A stretch of 57,210 bases of DNA from an uncultured Planctomycetia bacterium (GCA_964497635.1 CAZCDB010000001.1:1-57210), one strand, 5' to 3'. Shown: positions 1 through 9,015, numbered from the stretch's first letter. Program-made: numbers and translations. The notes: generated from the letters alone by a model not told the origin.

Positions 1-2
1 AA

Positions 3-3000
3 AAAAATTCACCACTGGATGGGTGGAGCTTACGGTTTCAGAACCAGCAGGGCAAACCCACTACGGTGCCTTTAAATAATCTCAATGGCTATGGGGATAC
101 ACCTCTTGAGGTTGATAGCGTTCTTGAGCTTGTAAGAACCAACGTCCCAGCCGGTTTTCTCCGTATTCAAAATAATACAAATCCTCGTGTGCCATTTGTC
201 GTGAGTGGTGATCCAGATGAGGTGATCCGTTGGGTGATTGGCTTGAGAATTTCAGCACCGGATACACTCATTTATGCTCCTCGTATCGGAATGAGTCCAA
301 TGTTCTTTGATGCGCCGTCAAGGCCGCTTGGAGAGATCCGCAGAACAGATACAGTTTTTGTTGATGAAAATGGCTTCCTCCATCTGATCGCTGATGCTCA
401 AAATGAAGAGTGGAAGCCAATTCTAATTGGTTATAAACGTGTCGATGTGTCAGACCTCCCAACCACCGCGATACCTGATGACCGTGGGGCTAGGCTATCT
501 TCTATTACCAAAGACATGGTCATTTCCTATGGAAAAGAAAGGCAGGAGCCAACGACCGTGAAAGTAACGGTGAAGATAGAGCTCCTAACAGCTGTGGCTG
601 CCCCGCCTAAATTTGAGCTTTTTTACAGAGTTTCAGGATTAGAAGATTTTCTATCGCTGGGCACGATAGAAAATCCTTCACCTGCAGACATGGGCGAGCT
701 TTTAAGCCAATTTGAAGGCACAAGATTTAACCCTTCTTCCTTACCTACACTTGAAGAAAAAATAGCCAAAATGATGAGGGATTTTAAAGTAGCGGTCAAT
801 TCCGGAGCGAGGTTGGCATTAACGTCGGATCTGGAAAATGCAGCCACCTTGGCTAGCGCGAATTTGTTTAGTGAATTCACTTTCAACGTCCCCGGTCAGG
901 GTTCTTTTACGATTTCTGAAAAAGGGGCCAATCTGATGGAGCTTTCGATGGACAAGACGGCGGATCTGCCGGCTCGGGCACTGATCAAGCGGCATGAGAC
1001 CGGGCATGTGGGGTCGTTTTTGATGGCGCCGTTTTCGGGGCGGCAGGTGCGGTATTTAAAGAAAACTGTGAGTGGCAGGGAAGTCACAATCGATCTTGGA
1101 AAACTGCCGGGAGCGGCTCCTTGGAAACCGGCTGGTCACGTTGGAGACGAGCCTTATGTACTGCATGGTTTTTTAAGAAATGCCCGCTGGACTTTGGAGC
1201 CGGGTTCTACGGATAGCTCCGCTACTTTTTCAGTGAAAAATAGCGACATTCCCGTTTCAATCACGGATATTGATGGCGCGGACATCCCCGAAATAAAAAC
1301 CTTGGCCGATATTTTCGGTGATCTTCAGTATCAAGTCACGTATCAGTGGGCGGATGGGAAGTTTGGGATTCTTCCGTCAGTGACCAATCTAGGCACGACG
1401 GAAGCCACCACGGAGCTTAATCACCACCTGACGTTGGATCTGGCGGACTCTGATGCGGGATTGAGCGAGTGGTCAGCGCAAATCGATGCGGTAAAATATC
1501 GTCGGATGAATGATAACAAGATGCCAAAACGCTCTCCCCTGGCGCGAGTGAGGAGCGGTGGAGAATATGATTTTAGAGAGCCTGTGGCTCTTGATCGCCC
1601 CATCGAGGTAGGTCTTGCTGCTTTGGAAGATACCGATGGCATTGTTGAGGGAAGATTTATTCATAAAGGTGGAGAAACCATCTCGCTTAGCTGGGACGCC
1701 GCTACTTTTCCGCAGACTCTTCTCTGGGCGCCCGTGGGACTCAGAGGATTTGAAGGCCGAGCCGGTTTCCAACCCAAAAGCTCTTCTCCCGGTGCCGCAG
1801 GTCTTGAAAAAGCCGGGATCAAAGACGCAAATTTACTTCATCTAAAACCCAACCAGACCATCACGGGAAAAATAGAGATTGGAAGAGCTTTGGTGACGGT
1901 TGCCGCTGCACGGCTATCCAGTGCTTCAGACTCAGAGCCTGAAATCCCTTCACTTGATGATCAGATTGAAGCGTGGAAGAAGAACCATGCTACAGCCCAT
2001 GCGGTATCTAGAATTTTGGTGAATGAAGATGAGAATATACCTCGGATGTTGTTAGAATTTGTAACGAAGAATGTTCTTGGACTAGAACCTAAGGAAGATT
2101 CTGATAAAGTTATTTTAGCCTTAAAATCAGAAGATGCTTGGGACGCTTTTCAAAGCGGATCATTCGACTTTATAGTCACGGACATTAATACAAAGTCGGA
2201 TATTAACGGTATCGATCTTATTCGTCATATCCGCGAGCAAGAGGCTCGTGATCAAGTTCAACAACCTGTCATGATTTTGGTGCAGAGCTCAACACTCAAG
2301 CCAGCGATGAAAGGGCTTGATCTCAAAGAGTTTGGGCCCGATACATTTTATGTTGAGAAGCCTGCGGGAGATGCGATCCAAAAACTATTTGCCGCCGATG
2401 TTGTTTCCGCTGTTACATTTGAAGCAAAGGATGTCTCCATCGGTCAAGTGAATGAAGTGATTGACCAAGCTATTGGCGCAGCCATTAAGTATGCCGATAA
2501 GAAGCAAATGACAGCGATCCGTGTCAATTTTAATGGAAATGAAATTGGGAGGCATACGAGACCATTTAATAAGCAGATACTGTCCAGCAGCGTTATCAAC
2601 CATATTTCCGATCATGTTCGGTCAACACGAGAAGTTTCAATCTATGACATTCATACGGAAAATGCCACGGTGGTGATTACTTCAAAACCTGAGAGCGAAA
2701 GGACTCCTAAGCCTAAAGAGGTGAGGCCAGATCTATGGACTCGAATCTCTAGGTTTGCCTCTAAACTTTGGAAGTCCGCCGGCGCGCGGTTGGTCGATAA
2801 AAAAACCCTGGTTCGATGGACATCTCTTTTGGACAACGAGCCGCTTTTTCATCGGTACTCTTCAGTTTGGAAAGCTCACGATGATTTGGAGGGCGCTCGT
2901 CAGAGACTATTTTCTTTGCTAAAGCCGGGCGAAGAATACGATCCGAATCTACGGGTAACATTAACACCTCTCACAAGCCCCAATGCTGCTATTTCCAATG

Positions 3001-6000
3001 CACATCGTTTGCGTTCACTCACTCCTATTGAACTAAATCGAGAGATCCGGCTTCACAGTTCCAAAGATTTAGCGCTTTCCATCCTTTTGGCTCCGGGTAA
3101 ATTTTTTCTCAACCTCATAGATCGACTGATGGATATGTTATCACCGGATCAGCTGAGCATATTGATGACTACCAAACAGCGTTATAGCGAAGGAGATGCG
3201 GTATTGGTTCAGGTCAGAGTGCTTGAGCAATCGATCATCCCTAAGGAGACTTATATTGCGTGGTTATCCGATTACGGCACCGGTTGGATTCAAGGTAGAG
3301 TCGGAGAGGTCAAAAGTAACGGCAGAGTCCGGATCTTTTTTGGACCTCTGGACAACGATAAAGCTCCCAATCTAGAACTTGATGGAAGCAGTCAAAGTCT
3401 TCAAAAAGCCCCTCGTAATGCGAGGGGTGCCCGGTTGGCGGCGCTTCCTGTGATTGGTGAATTTACGCTCGCGACTGTTCAGAGTCTTGCTGAGGAAAGT
3501 ATTAATGTCCGAACCTATCCTTCAAATGACAAGACCAGTCAAACTTACTTCATCACCACTCAGATGAATCCGGAAAGACTGGAGTATGTTGTGAAATACA
3601 CAAGAAGTGCAAATGGCGATTACTTGGTCCTCTTTCCGCCGAATGGTTTATTAAGAGATCAACAAGGAGAAAAAACAATCTATAAAAGAGATGTTGATGG
3701 CGAAGAATTTGATGGTGTCGTATCGGCTCTTGCGCAGGCGGCCAAGAGAGAGTTGCGTACAGATAATCCAGATGTGCCGGCCATATTATCTTTAAATGAT
3801 CTCATACCCATTGTTGGTGGAGACGGGGCGAGTTTTGAGAGATTTCGGGCGTCTTTTAATGGAGATGGTTTTAACGTTCGTACACATTCAAAGGACACCT
3901 ATAACCTTGTTGTCATTTTTTATGGTACCAGCGAACCTTATTTTGTTTTAAATTTTATCCAAAAAGGAACTCGTTTTGATAGCACACCTGTTGCAAGCCA
4001 GATCTTGCCCTATATCAATCAAGGACACGATAGACAAAATGCTTGGTTTATGCGTGGGCATATGGTTAATAAAATAGAGGGTAGGGAAGTTTACAGGATC
4101 AATGGCGCACGCTTGTCCGCTGATTTTGATGAGCAGATGGATGCCTTGGGAATCGCCCCGCGTCAGGTGACTCATATTTTTCTTAATGATGCTTCCGACA
4201 TTATTCGCCCGCTTTTGGAGAGTGCCATCCGAAGCAGTTTTCCTGAGATTCCAGAGGCGAATATCGTTGTCACCCAGACACCTGCTGACGCGCAGGAAGC
4301 AGTGACTAGACTTTTAAGTCAGCTAGAGACCCCAGGTCAGCTTCTAGTCATCACGGATGTAAATCCATATTCAGCTACAGGAAATGGCTATGATGTGATC
4401 AGGCATCTCAGAGCTTTGGAAAATGAACGTGGTCCTGTAGACCTAGACCAGAGAAATCTCGCTGTGATTACCAGCGTTAACTTCAATGAGACAGCGATTA
4501 TTGCGGAACAAAATAGTAGAAAAGATCTTTTCGCGCTTTATGTTGCAAAAGACAATACCCCCCAACTTTTAGACGCATTAAAGACTAGATTAAGCTCTCC
4601 TGCCGCTGCACGGTTGGCAGCAGCTATTACACTGGATGATAAGATAAAAGCTCTTCGCGAGATCTATTATGGGCTTGATCAAGCACAAATGAGTGACAGT
4701 AATGAAAAGCTTCGCGCACAAGAAGAGGCTATTCGCAAAGGACTTTCCGGGATCGTGAACCAGTCCATCATCAATGTTTTAGTCTCATACAAAAGAGGTA
4801 AAAAAAATACACAAGAAGCGGAAGATTCCTCTGCTAACCATCTCATACGATTGATCGCTCTCAGCTTGATGCAAGCAAAAAAAACTTATGATGTCTCAGA
4901 TCTATTGATGCAGGCTCAAGCGTTAAGAGATAAGAGTGAGCAATTAGATCGCCGGGGGGCTCTTTGGTCGATTAGAAATTTGAATCCCAGAGACCTTGAT
5001 GAAAAGGAGCGCGAAGATGTTGTCCGGGTTTTGCGCGATATCATTGCTGGTCCTGATCAGGATTCGCTGGTTACCGATGATGCTAAAAGCGCTCTTTCTA
5101 GGTCTGTTTCTACTGGTGCAGAAGTTTTAGCGCCAAAAATTATCGACGACACGATTGATTATTTTATAGAGCACCCGAGCAGTGATGGCTATCTAATGTT
5201 TATCCGGCTTGGTCTACGTGCACAGAAAGCTTATCTCCACGTTAAAGAAGCCTTTAGAAGGACTAGTAGGGAGCAATCAAGACACTTGTTGTTACAGGCT
5301 TTATTTGCTGTGACTCCAAATCCAGCCGCAGATTTGAAATCTTACCTAACCAATAGTCAATATGACGCTAGCGGATGGCACGATGATACAGATGGTCGAT
5401 ATTCTTTCGAAAGATCTTTTCTCAATCTTGCTACTTCACATAAGGATCAAGCCAGCGATATTTTATCGGATTACATCAAGGATCAGAAAAATCATTTGGA
5501 ATTGAGAGTTATGGCCGCGCAGGCTCTGGGGGCACTGAAGGAAGATATAGCTTCCTCTTTGCCTGTATTGATTGATTTGCTTGATGAGGTCATGCAGATA
5601 GACAGAACCAGCTATTCATATGCCTTAGAAACCAACTCTAAAATCGTGATTTTTGCGGTGAGTCGAGTCGGCAAAAATAATCCAACTGTTATCGAGAGAT
5701 TTTCTCGTCTTTTGGACGATAGCAATTCCCGTGTTTTGCGAGCAACTTTGGAAGCGCTATCGTACTTGGGCGAACAAGCCAAGCCGCTACTTCCAAAATT
5801 AGAAGTTTTGGCTGTTCGAACAGATCGTTCAGATTTTAAAGATGAAACTTTAGCAACGATTGAGGCTATTAAGTTTGGAAGGATTCGGGATGTATTAATT
5901 GCCGCACGCTTGGCGACGGTAAAGACACCACTCACAGGTTTGCAGCATCGAAGCATTTTTAAAGTGGGAAAAAATCGATTTAAAATAGAATCAGTCAGTG

Positions 6001-7577
6001 ATAACGGGATTACTTTTAAACTGAATGGTAAAGACGGTGTGGCAAAAATAAATACGGTGATTCAGTTGGGAGGAAAAGAAGCCGAAAATAAAGCGACCAT
6101 TCGTATTCTATCGATCAAAGATGGTCTGGTAGATATCGAAGTCGATGCTCCCGCTGAGAAAATCGTAGAGCCTCTTCTTGACAATGAAACTCACTTGATT
6201 GGTAACGGTGCAAAAGAAAATCAGGTAAAAATTTTTGTAAAAACATCTGGGGAGCAGCACGTGATAACGATACGCAATCAATCCAATGCCGCAGTTGCCA
6301 CGATCACAATCAATGCCGCGATCATGGATATTGCAAAACGTGACTTGGTTTTAGACATCGTTGAACAATTGGATAGGGCATTGGCTGGAGTTCCAATAAC
6401 CAGCATGACCTCTTCTCAATATAAGGAAAAAATTGAGCCTGTATTCGAAAAGCTCAAGAGAAAACCAGGCGCTCGTTTAGCGCAAGAGATTTCACCAAGG
6501 CCGTTCAATCTTTTTGGGGCATCTGCAGAACAAACAGAGCCTTTAGATTTGAATCTGGCCGGCGCTCGAATCGCTGCGGCGAATTCAAATAGTATTTCGG
6601 TGGCCGAAAGACTTAAGATTTTGATTTTAACATCGTTTGCAGCGCTGAGCTTTGCGACTTTTGCCTTTGCGGCAGACGGACCCATGACCACGGCCACTAT
6701 TTCGACTGAGGAGGGAGGGCTCTCTCAAGTTCTTACGTTGTCTCCGGGTGATTTGGAAGTTGTTCGAAACGGGGGACTTTTGGACACCCACCATCAAGCT
6801 TTACGCGCCGCCAGGGCTCAAGCCGATACGCTTTTGGAAAAAGCTCTCCCGGTTTGGAGCGATGCTTCTTTCTGGGATGGCTTTGAAACCGCTTTGGCTT
6901 CGACAACTGGAGATCTTAAGAATCTGGATCTTTTTATCCCGCTGTCCGTGGCCTCTTCCAGCGTTGATTTAAAAAAGACGGTGGGCAAAGTGGTAAGCAA
7001 ACTAGAAAAGTTGGGCGCAAAAAGAAATATCAAATTAACTATTTATCTGACCACCAACGGCCAAGACACACCTTTTTATCTGGCTCAACAGATTCAAAAA
7101 ATAAACAGCAGCTTGCCCAATCTTCGCCACGCCGAGGTCCGCTTTCTGGCTTCCCGTCGTGGGACTTTGGCTCAGGATGCGGTGAACACGATCCTTTCTC
7201 GAGCGGATGGGGAGGCTTCCCTTCTCGCCGGCCGGACTCGGGCGATGATCCTTGCGGAAGGTTCGACTGCGGAGCAACTCTCCTCCAGCTTAGGTCCCGT
7301 GACAGATCTTTATGGTAAAAACGTCTCCATCGCAGGCGTTCAGATGCCCGCAACGGAAGCGGAAGCTGAGCTCGCCTCTTACTCCATCGCCAATATGGTT
7401 CTTGTTTCCGCACAAAAAGCTCTGGGCTTGGATCTCTCGATTCTCCCCGCCAGCACTTTTGGGTTTTCGATCGAGCATTTAAGTAACCTCGGCGAAGTTG
7501 TTGTTTTCCGCCTCTTAAGGCTTGATGAAGAACTCAACGCCTTAAAGCTCGCCCGCCAAGCCGAAATCGCCGCTTAA
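3..7577 (+). CDS. Giant multidomain protein, probably 5'-partial (2524 codons visible). Contains two receiver-like domains, HEAT-like repeats and one C-proximal hydrophobic helix.
   Basis: The frame is uninterrupted from nt 3 to TAA at 7575-7577. The ORF track starts at GTG 66, but codons 3-65 in the same frame have no stop, and no purine-rich SD precedes 66. The gene therefore most likely continues upstream of the window. Domain calls come from motif reading of the translation (see sub-features). Confidence 0.85.
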   Translation, partial: KNSPLDGWSLRFQNQQGKPTTVPLNNLNGYGDTPLEVDSVLELVRTNVPAGFLRIQNNTNPRVPFVVSGDPDEVIRWVIGLRISAPDTLIYAPRIGMSPMFFDAPSRPLGEIRRTDTVFVDENGFLHLIADAQNEEWKPILIGYKRVDVSDLPTTAIPDDRGARLSSITKDMVISYGKERQEPTTVKVTVKIELLTAVAAPPKFELFYRVSGLEDFLSLGTIENPSPADMGELLSQFEGTRFNPSSLPTLEEKIAKMMRDFKVAVNSGARLALTSDLENAATLASANLFSEFTFNVPGQGSFTISEKGANLMELSMDKTADLPARALIKRHETGHVGSFLMAPFSGRQVRYLKKTVSGREVTIDLGKLPGAAPWKPAGHVGDEPYVLHGFLRNARWTLEPGSTDSSATFSVKNSDIPVSITDIDGADIPEIKTLADIFGDLQYQVTYQWADGKFGILPSVTNLGTTEATTELNHHLTLDLADSDAGLSEWSAQIDAVKYRRMNDNKMPKRSPLARVRSGGEYDFREPVALDRPIEVGLAALEDTDGIVEGRFIHKGGETISLSWDAATFPQTLLWAPVGLRGFEGRAGFQPKSSSPGAAGLEKAGIKDANLLHLKPNQTITGKIEIGRALVTVAAARLSSASDSEPEIPSLDDQIEAWKKNHATAHAVSRILVNEDENIPRMLLEFVTKNVLGLEPKEDSDKVILALKSEDAWDAFQSGSFDFIVTDINTKSDINGIDLIRHIREQEARDQVQQPVMILVQSSTLKPAMKGLDLKEFGPDTFYVEKPAGDAIQKLFAADVVSAVTFEAKDVSIGQVNEVIDQAIGAAIKYADKKQMTAIRVNFNGNEIGRHTRPFNKQILSSSVINHISDHVRSTREVSIYDIHTENATVVITSKPESERTPKPKEVRPDLWTRISRFASKLWKSAGARLVDKKTLVRWTSLLDNEPLFHRYSSVWKAHDDLEGARQRLFSLLKPGEEYDPNLRVTLTPLTSPNAAISNAHRLRSLTPIELNREIRLHSSKDLALSILLAPGKFFLNLIDRLMDMLSPDQLSILMTTKQRYSEGDAVLVQVRVLEQSIIPKETYIAWLSDYGTGWIQGRVGEVKSNGRVRIFFGPLDNDKAPNLELDGSSQSLQKAPRNARGARLAALPVIGEFTLATVQSLAEESINVRTYPSNDKTSQTYFITTQMNPERLEYVVKYTRSANGDYLVLFPPNGLLRDQQGEKTIYKRDVDGEEFDGVVSALAQAAKRELRTDNPDVPAILSLNDLIPIVGGDGASFERFRASFNGDGFNVRTHSKDTYNLVVIFYGTSEPYFVLNFIQKGTRFDSTPVASQILPYINQGHDRQNAWFMRGHMVNKIEGREVYRINGARLSADFDEQMDALGIAPRQVTHIFLNDASDIIRPLLESAIRSSFPEIPEANIVVTQTPADAQEAVTRLLSQLETPGQLLVITDVNPYSATGNGYDVIRHLRALENERGPVDLDQRNLAVITSVNFNETAIIAEQNSRKDLFALYVAKDNTPQLLDALKTRLSSPAAARLAAAITLDDKIKALREIYYGLDQAQMSDSNEKLRAQEEAIRKGLSGIVNQSIINVLVSYKRGKKNTQEAEDSSANHLIRLIALSLMQAKKTYDVSDLLMQAQALRDKSEQLDRRGALWSIRNLNPRDLDEKEREDVVRVLRDIIAGPDQDSLVTDDAKSALSRSVSTGAEVLAPKIIDDTIDYFIEHPSSDGYLMFIRLGLRAQKAYLHVKEAFRRTSREQSRHLLLQALFAVTPNPAADLKSYLTNSQYDASGWHDDTDGRYSFERSFLNLATSHKDQASDILSDYIKDQKNHLELRVMAAQALGALKEDIASSLPVLIDLLDEVMQIDRTSYSYALETNSKIVIFAVSRVGKNNPTVIERFSRLLDDSNSRVLRATLEALSYLGEQAKPLLPKLEVLAVRTDRSDFKDETLATIEAIKFGRIRDVLIAARLATVKTPLTGLQHRSIFKVGKNRFKIESVSDNGITFKLNGKDGVAKINTVIQLGGKEAENKATIRILSIKDGLVDIEVDAPAEKIVEPLLDNETHLIGNGAKENQVKIFVKTSGEQHVITIRNQSNAAVATITINAAIMDIAKRDLVLDIVEQLDRALAGVPITSMTSSQYKEKIEPVFEKLKRKPGARLAQEISPRPFNLFGASAEQTEPLDLNLAGARIAAANSNSISVAERLKILILTSFAALSFATFAFAADGPMTTATISTEEGGLSQVLTLSPGDLEVVRNGGLLDTHHQALRAARAQADTLLEKALPVWSDASFWDGFETALASTTGDLKNLDLFIPLSVASSSVDLKKTVGKVVSKLEKLGAKRNIKLTIYLTTNGQDTPFYLAQQIQKINSSLPNLRHAEVRFLASRRGTLAQDAVNTILSRADGEASLLAGRTRAMILAEGSTAEQLSSSLGPVTDLYGKNVSIAGVQMPATEAEAELASYSIANMVLVSAQKALGLDLSILPASTFGFSIEHLSNLGEVVVFRLLRLDEELNALKLARQAEIAA
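2010..2394 (+). other. CheY-like receiver (REC) domain 1 inside the giant ORF
   Basis: The REC landmark residues appear in order: RILVNEDE (beta1 acidic pair), FDFIVTDINTKSDINGIDLIRHIR (beta3 Asp plus alpha3), PVMILVQSS (beta4 Ser) and FYVEKP (beta5 Lys-Pro). Confidence 0.6.
4167..4592 (+). other. CheY-like receiver (REC) domain 2 inside the giant ORF
   Basis: HIFLNDASD (beta1), LLVITDVNPYSATGNGYDVIRHLR (beta3 Asp), LAVITSV (beta4 Thr/Ser) and YVAKDN (beta5 Lys). Order and spacing match REC domain 1. Confidence 0.55.
5490..5890 (+). other. HEAT/PBS-lyase-like helical repeats inside the giant ORF
   Basis: Repeated pattern of the type RVMAAQALGALKEDIASSLPVLIDLLDE ... SNSRVLRATLEALSYLGEQAKPLLPKLEVL, typical of HEAT_2-type repeats. 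Confidence 0.5.
6615..6674 (+). other. Single hydrophobic helix, a TM anchor or internal signal-peptide-like segment, in the giant ORF
   Basis: KILILTSFAALSFATFAFAADGP: a basic residue, about 18 hydrophobic residues and an AFA-AD motif like a signal peptidase I site. It is the only such segment in the visible 2524 aa. Confidence 0.6.
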
Positions 7578-7606
7578 TCAGCCTTGTAAGCAACTTTACA
7601 CCCCTC

Positions 7607-7666
7607 TTGACTCTACCTCATTTCGTAGTATACTTTAAGTATCGATAGATATTTCGTAATACGAAA
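7607..7666 (+). promoter_or_regulatory. sigma70-type promoter plus palindromic operator of vapBC
   Basis: TTGACT (7607-7612), 16-nt spacer, TATACT (7629-7634). Perfect palindrome TTTCGTA-A-TACGAAA at 7652-7666, and a direct repeat of ATTTCGTA at 7620 and 7651. AAGAGG SD lies before ATG 7677. Confidence 0.65.
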
Positions 7667-7676
7667 AGAGGTTCTT

Positions 7677-7889
7677 ATGTCCCAAGTGCTTGTGTCGACC
7701 AAATACCAGGTGGTCATCCCCAAAGATGTTCGCCAGCAAATGGAGATACGTCCGGGTCAGAAGATGAGCTGTATCGCGATCGGAAATGTGATCCATCTGG
7801 TGCCCGCTAGACCCCTGTCAAGCCTGAGAGGTTTTATTAAACCGGTGTCGCTTAAGGATCTCAGGGAAAAGAAAGATAGGGTCTTGTGA
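7677..7889 (+). CDS. vapB: AbrB/MazE/SpoVT-fold antitoxin (VapB-like)
   Basis: 70 aa. The N-terminal motif KYQVVIPKDVRQQMEIRPGQKM is the typical swapped-hairpin AbrB-type DNA-binding motif. It overlaps the downstream PIN gene by 4 nt (GTGA). Confidence 0.85.
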   Translation: MSQVLVSTKYQVVIPKDVRQQMEIRPGQKMSCIAIGNVIHLVPARPLSSLRGFIKPVSLKDLREKKDRVL

Positions 7890-8275
7890 TCGTCGTCGAT
7901 TCCTCCGGCTGGATGCACTACTTTATGAACGGTGACTTGGCGGAATCCTACGCCCAGCATCTTTCGAAGCCCGATCGAGTATTGACGCCGACAGTTATAT
8001 TATATGAAGTCTTCAAAAAGATTCAGCGTGAGTACGGACGAGAAGAGGCCTCTGTGGCCGCGGCCGAGATTGAAAAGACACAACTTGTCCCGTTTTCTTC
8101 GCAGATGGCATATCACGCGGCCGACATTTCGTCTCAGTATCACCTAAGTCTGGCAGATTCCATGATCTACGCGACCGCTCATTTTTATGGCGCTAAACTT
8201 GTGACTAGTGACGCGGACTTTAAAGATCTGCCCAATGTCGTTTTTTTAAATCCAACAGAACCTGGTTTAGATTAA
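7886..8275 (+). CDS. vapC: PIN-domain ribonuclease toxin (VapC-like)
   Basis: 129 aa. IVVDSSGW (first acidic residue), LTPTVILYEV, LSLADSMIYATA and LVTSDADF give the PIN acidic quartet pattern. It is coupled to the upstream antitoxin. Confidence 0.85.
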   Translation: MIVVDSSGWMHYFMNGDLAESYAQHLSKPDRVLTPTVILYEVFKKIQREYGREEASVAAAEIEKTQLVPFSSQMAYHAADISSQYHLSLADSMIYATAHFYGAKLVTSDADFKDLPNVVFLNPTEPGLD

Positions 8276-8282
8276 AAAAATC

Positions 8283-8960
8283 ATGGCTAAGAATTTTCTA
8301 ATAGCAGTTCCTTTTGCAGACAATACACCTGTTGTGGCCGTCCGTCGTGCCACAAAAGAGGGGATGGGGGTGGCGGAGCTTCGGGTGGATCTTTTTTCTT
8401 CTTATGAAATTGCTCACGTTCTGAATGAAGCGCGTAAATTTAAAAAAATATCTACCATCGCTACTATTCGTTCCAAAAAAGAAGGGGGGCAGTGGAAAGG
8501 CTCTGAAGCTCAGCGGTTGGAGCTTTTTAAAGTACTACTCCCTTTTGTGAATACGATCGATATCGAGCTGAGCTCTCAAAAAATTATTCAGCCGGTCATC
8601 GCCGAAGCGCGTCGTCTAAAAAAGAAAGTGATTGTCTCGTATCATCATTTTCAAAAGACGCCCAGCCGTCCGGCCCTTGAGACTATTTTTAAAAAAGCCA
8701 AAGCCGCCGGAGCCGACATCGTCAAAATCGCGGTGATGGCTCGCTCCAAAAAGGATGTCAAAAGCCTGGCGGAGTTTACGGTTGCACACGCAAAAGCCGG
8801 GGTGATTACCCTTTCCATGGGCAAAGAGGGCGAGATTTCGCGGATTTTATTTCCCCTGTTAGGGTCCCGACTGACTTTTGCTCATATGGGGCGCTCAAGT
8901 GCTCCCGGACAGATGGATCTTAAGACCACCACCCGCCTGCTTAAAAAATTATACGCCTAA
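8283..8960 (+). CDS. aroD: Type I 3-dehydroquinate dehydratase
   Basis: GVAELRVDLF, ATIRSKKEGG, IDIEL, VSYHHFQKTP, GADIVKIAVMA (Schiff-base Lys context) and ITLSMG are AroD class I motifs. Confidence 0.8.
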   Translation: MAKNFLIAVPFADNTPVVAVRRATKEGMGVAELRVDLFSSYEIAHVLNEARKFKKISTIATIRSKKEGGQWKGSEAQRLELFKVLLPFVNTIDIELSSQKIIQPVIAEARRLKKKVIVSYHHFQKTPSRPALETIFKKAKAAGADIVKIAVMARSKKDVKSLAEFTVAHAKAGVITLSMGKEGEISRILFPLLGSRLTFAHMGRSSAPGQMDLKTTTRLLKKLYA

Positions 8961-9015
8961 AAGCCTTTCTGATATAATCTAGGTCTTTTCTGAAACCAAC
9001 TGTTTTGGAGCTGCC

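Noticed and set aside
6094-6168. CsrA-like motif in the giant protein: ATIRILSIKDGLVDIEVDAPAEKIV compared with the CsrA pattern VTVLxVxGxxVRIGIxAPxxVxV.
   Set aside because: The resemblance is limited to about 25 residues, and the flanking CsrA features (N-terminal LxLxR, C-terminal REEI) are absent. It cannot be separated from chance without profile searches. HHpred on nt 5950-6330 would settle it.
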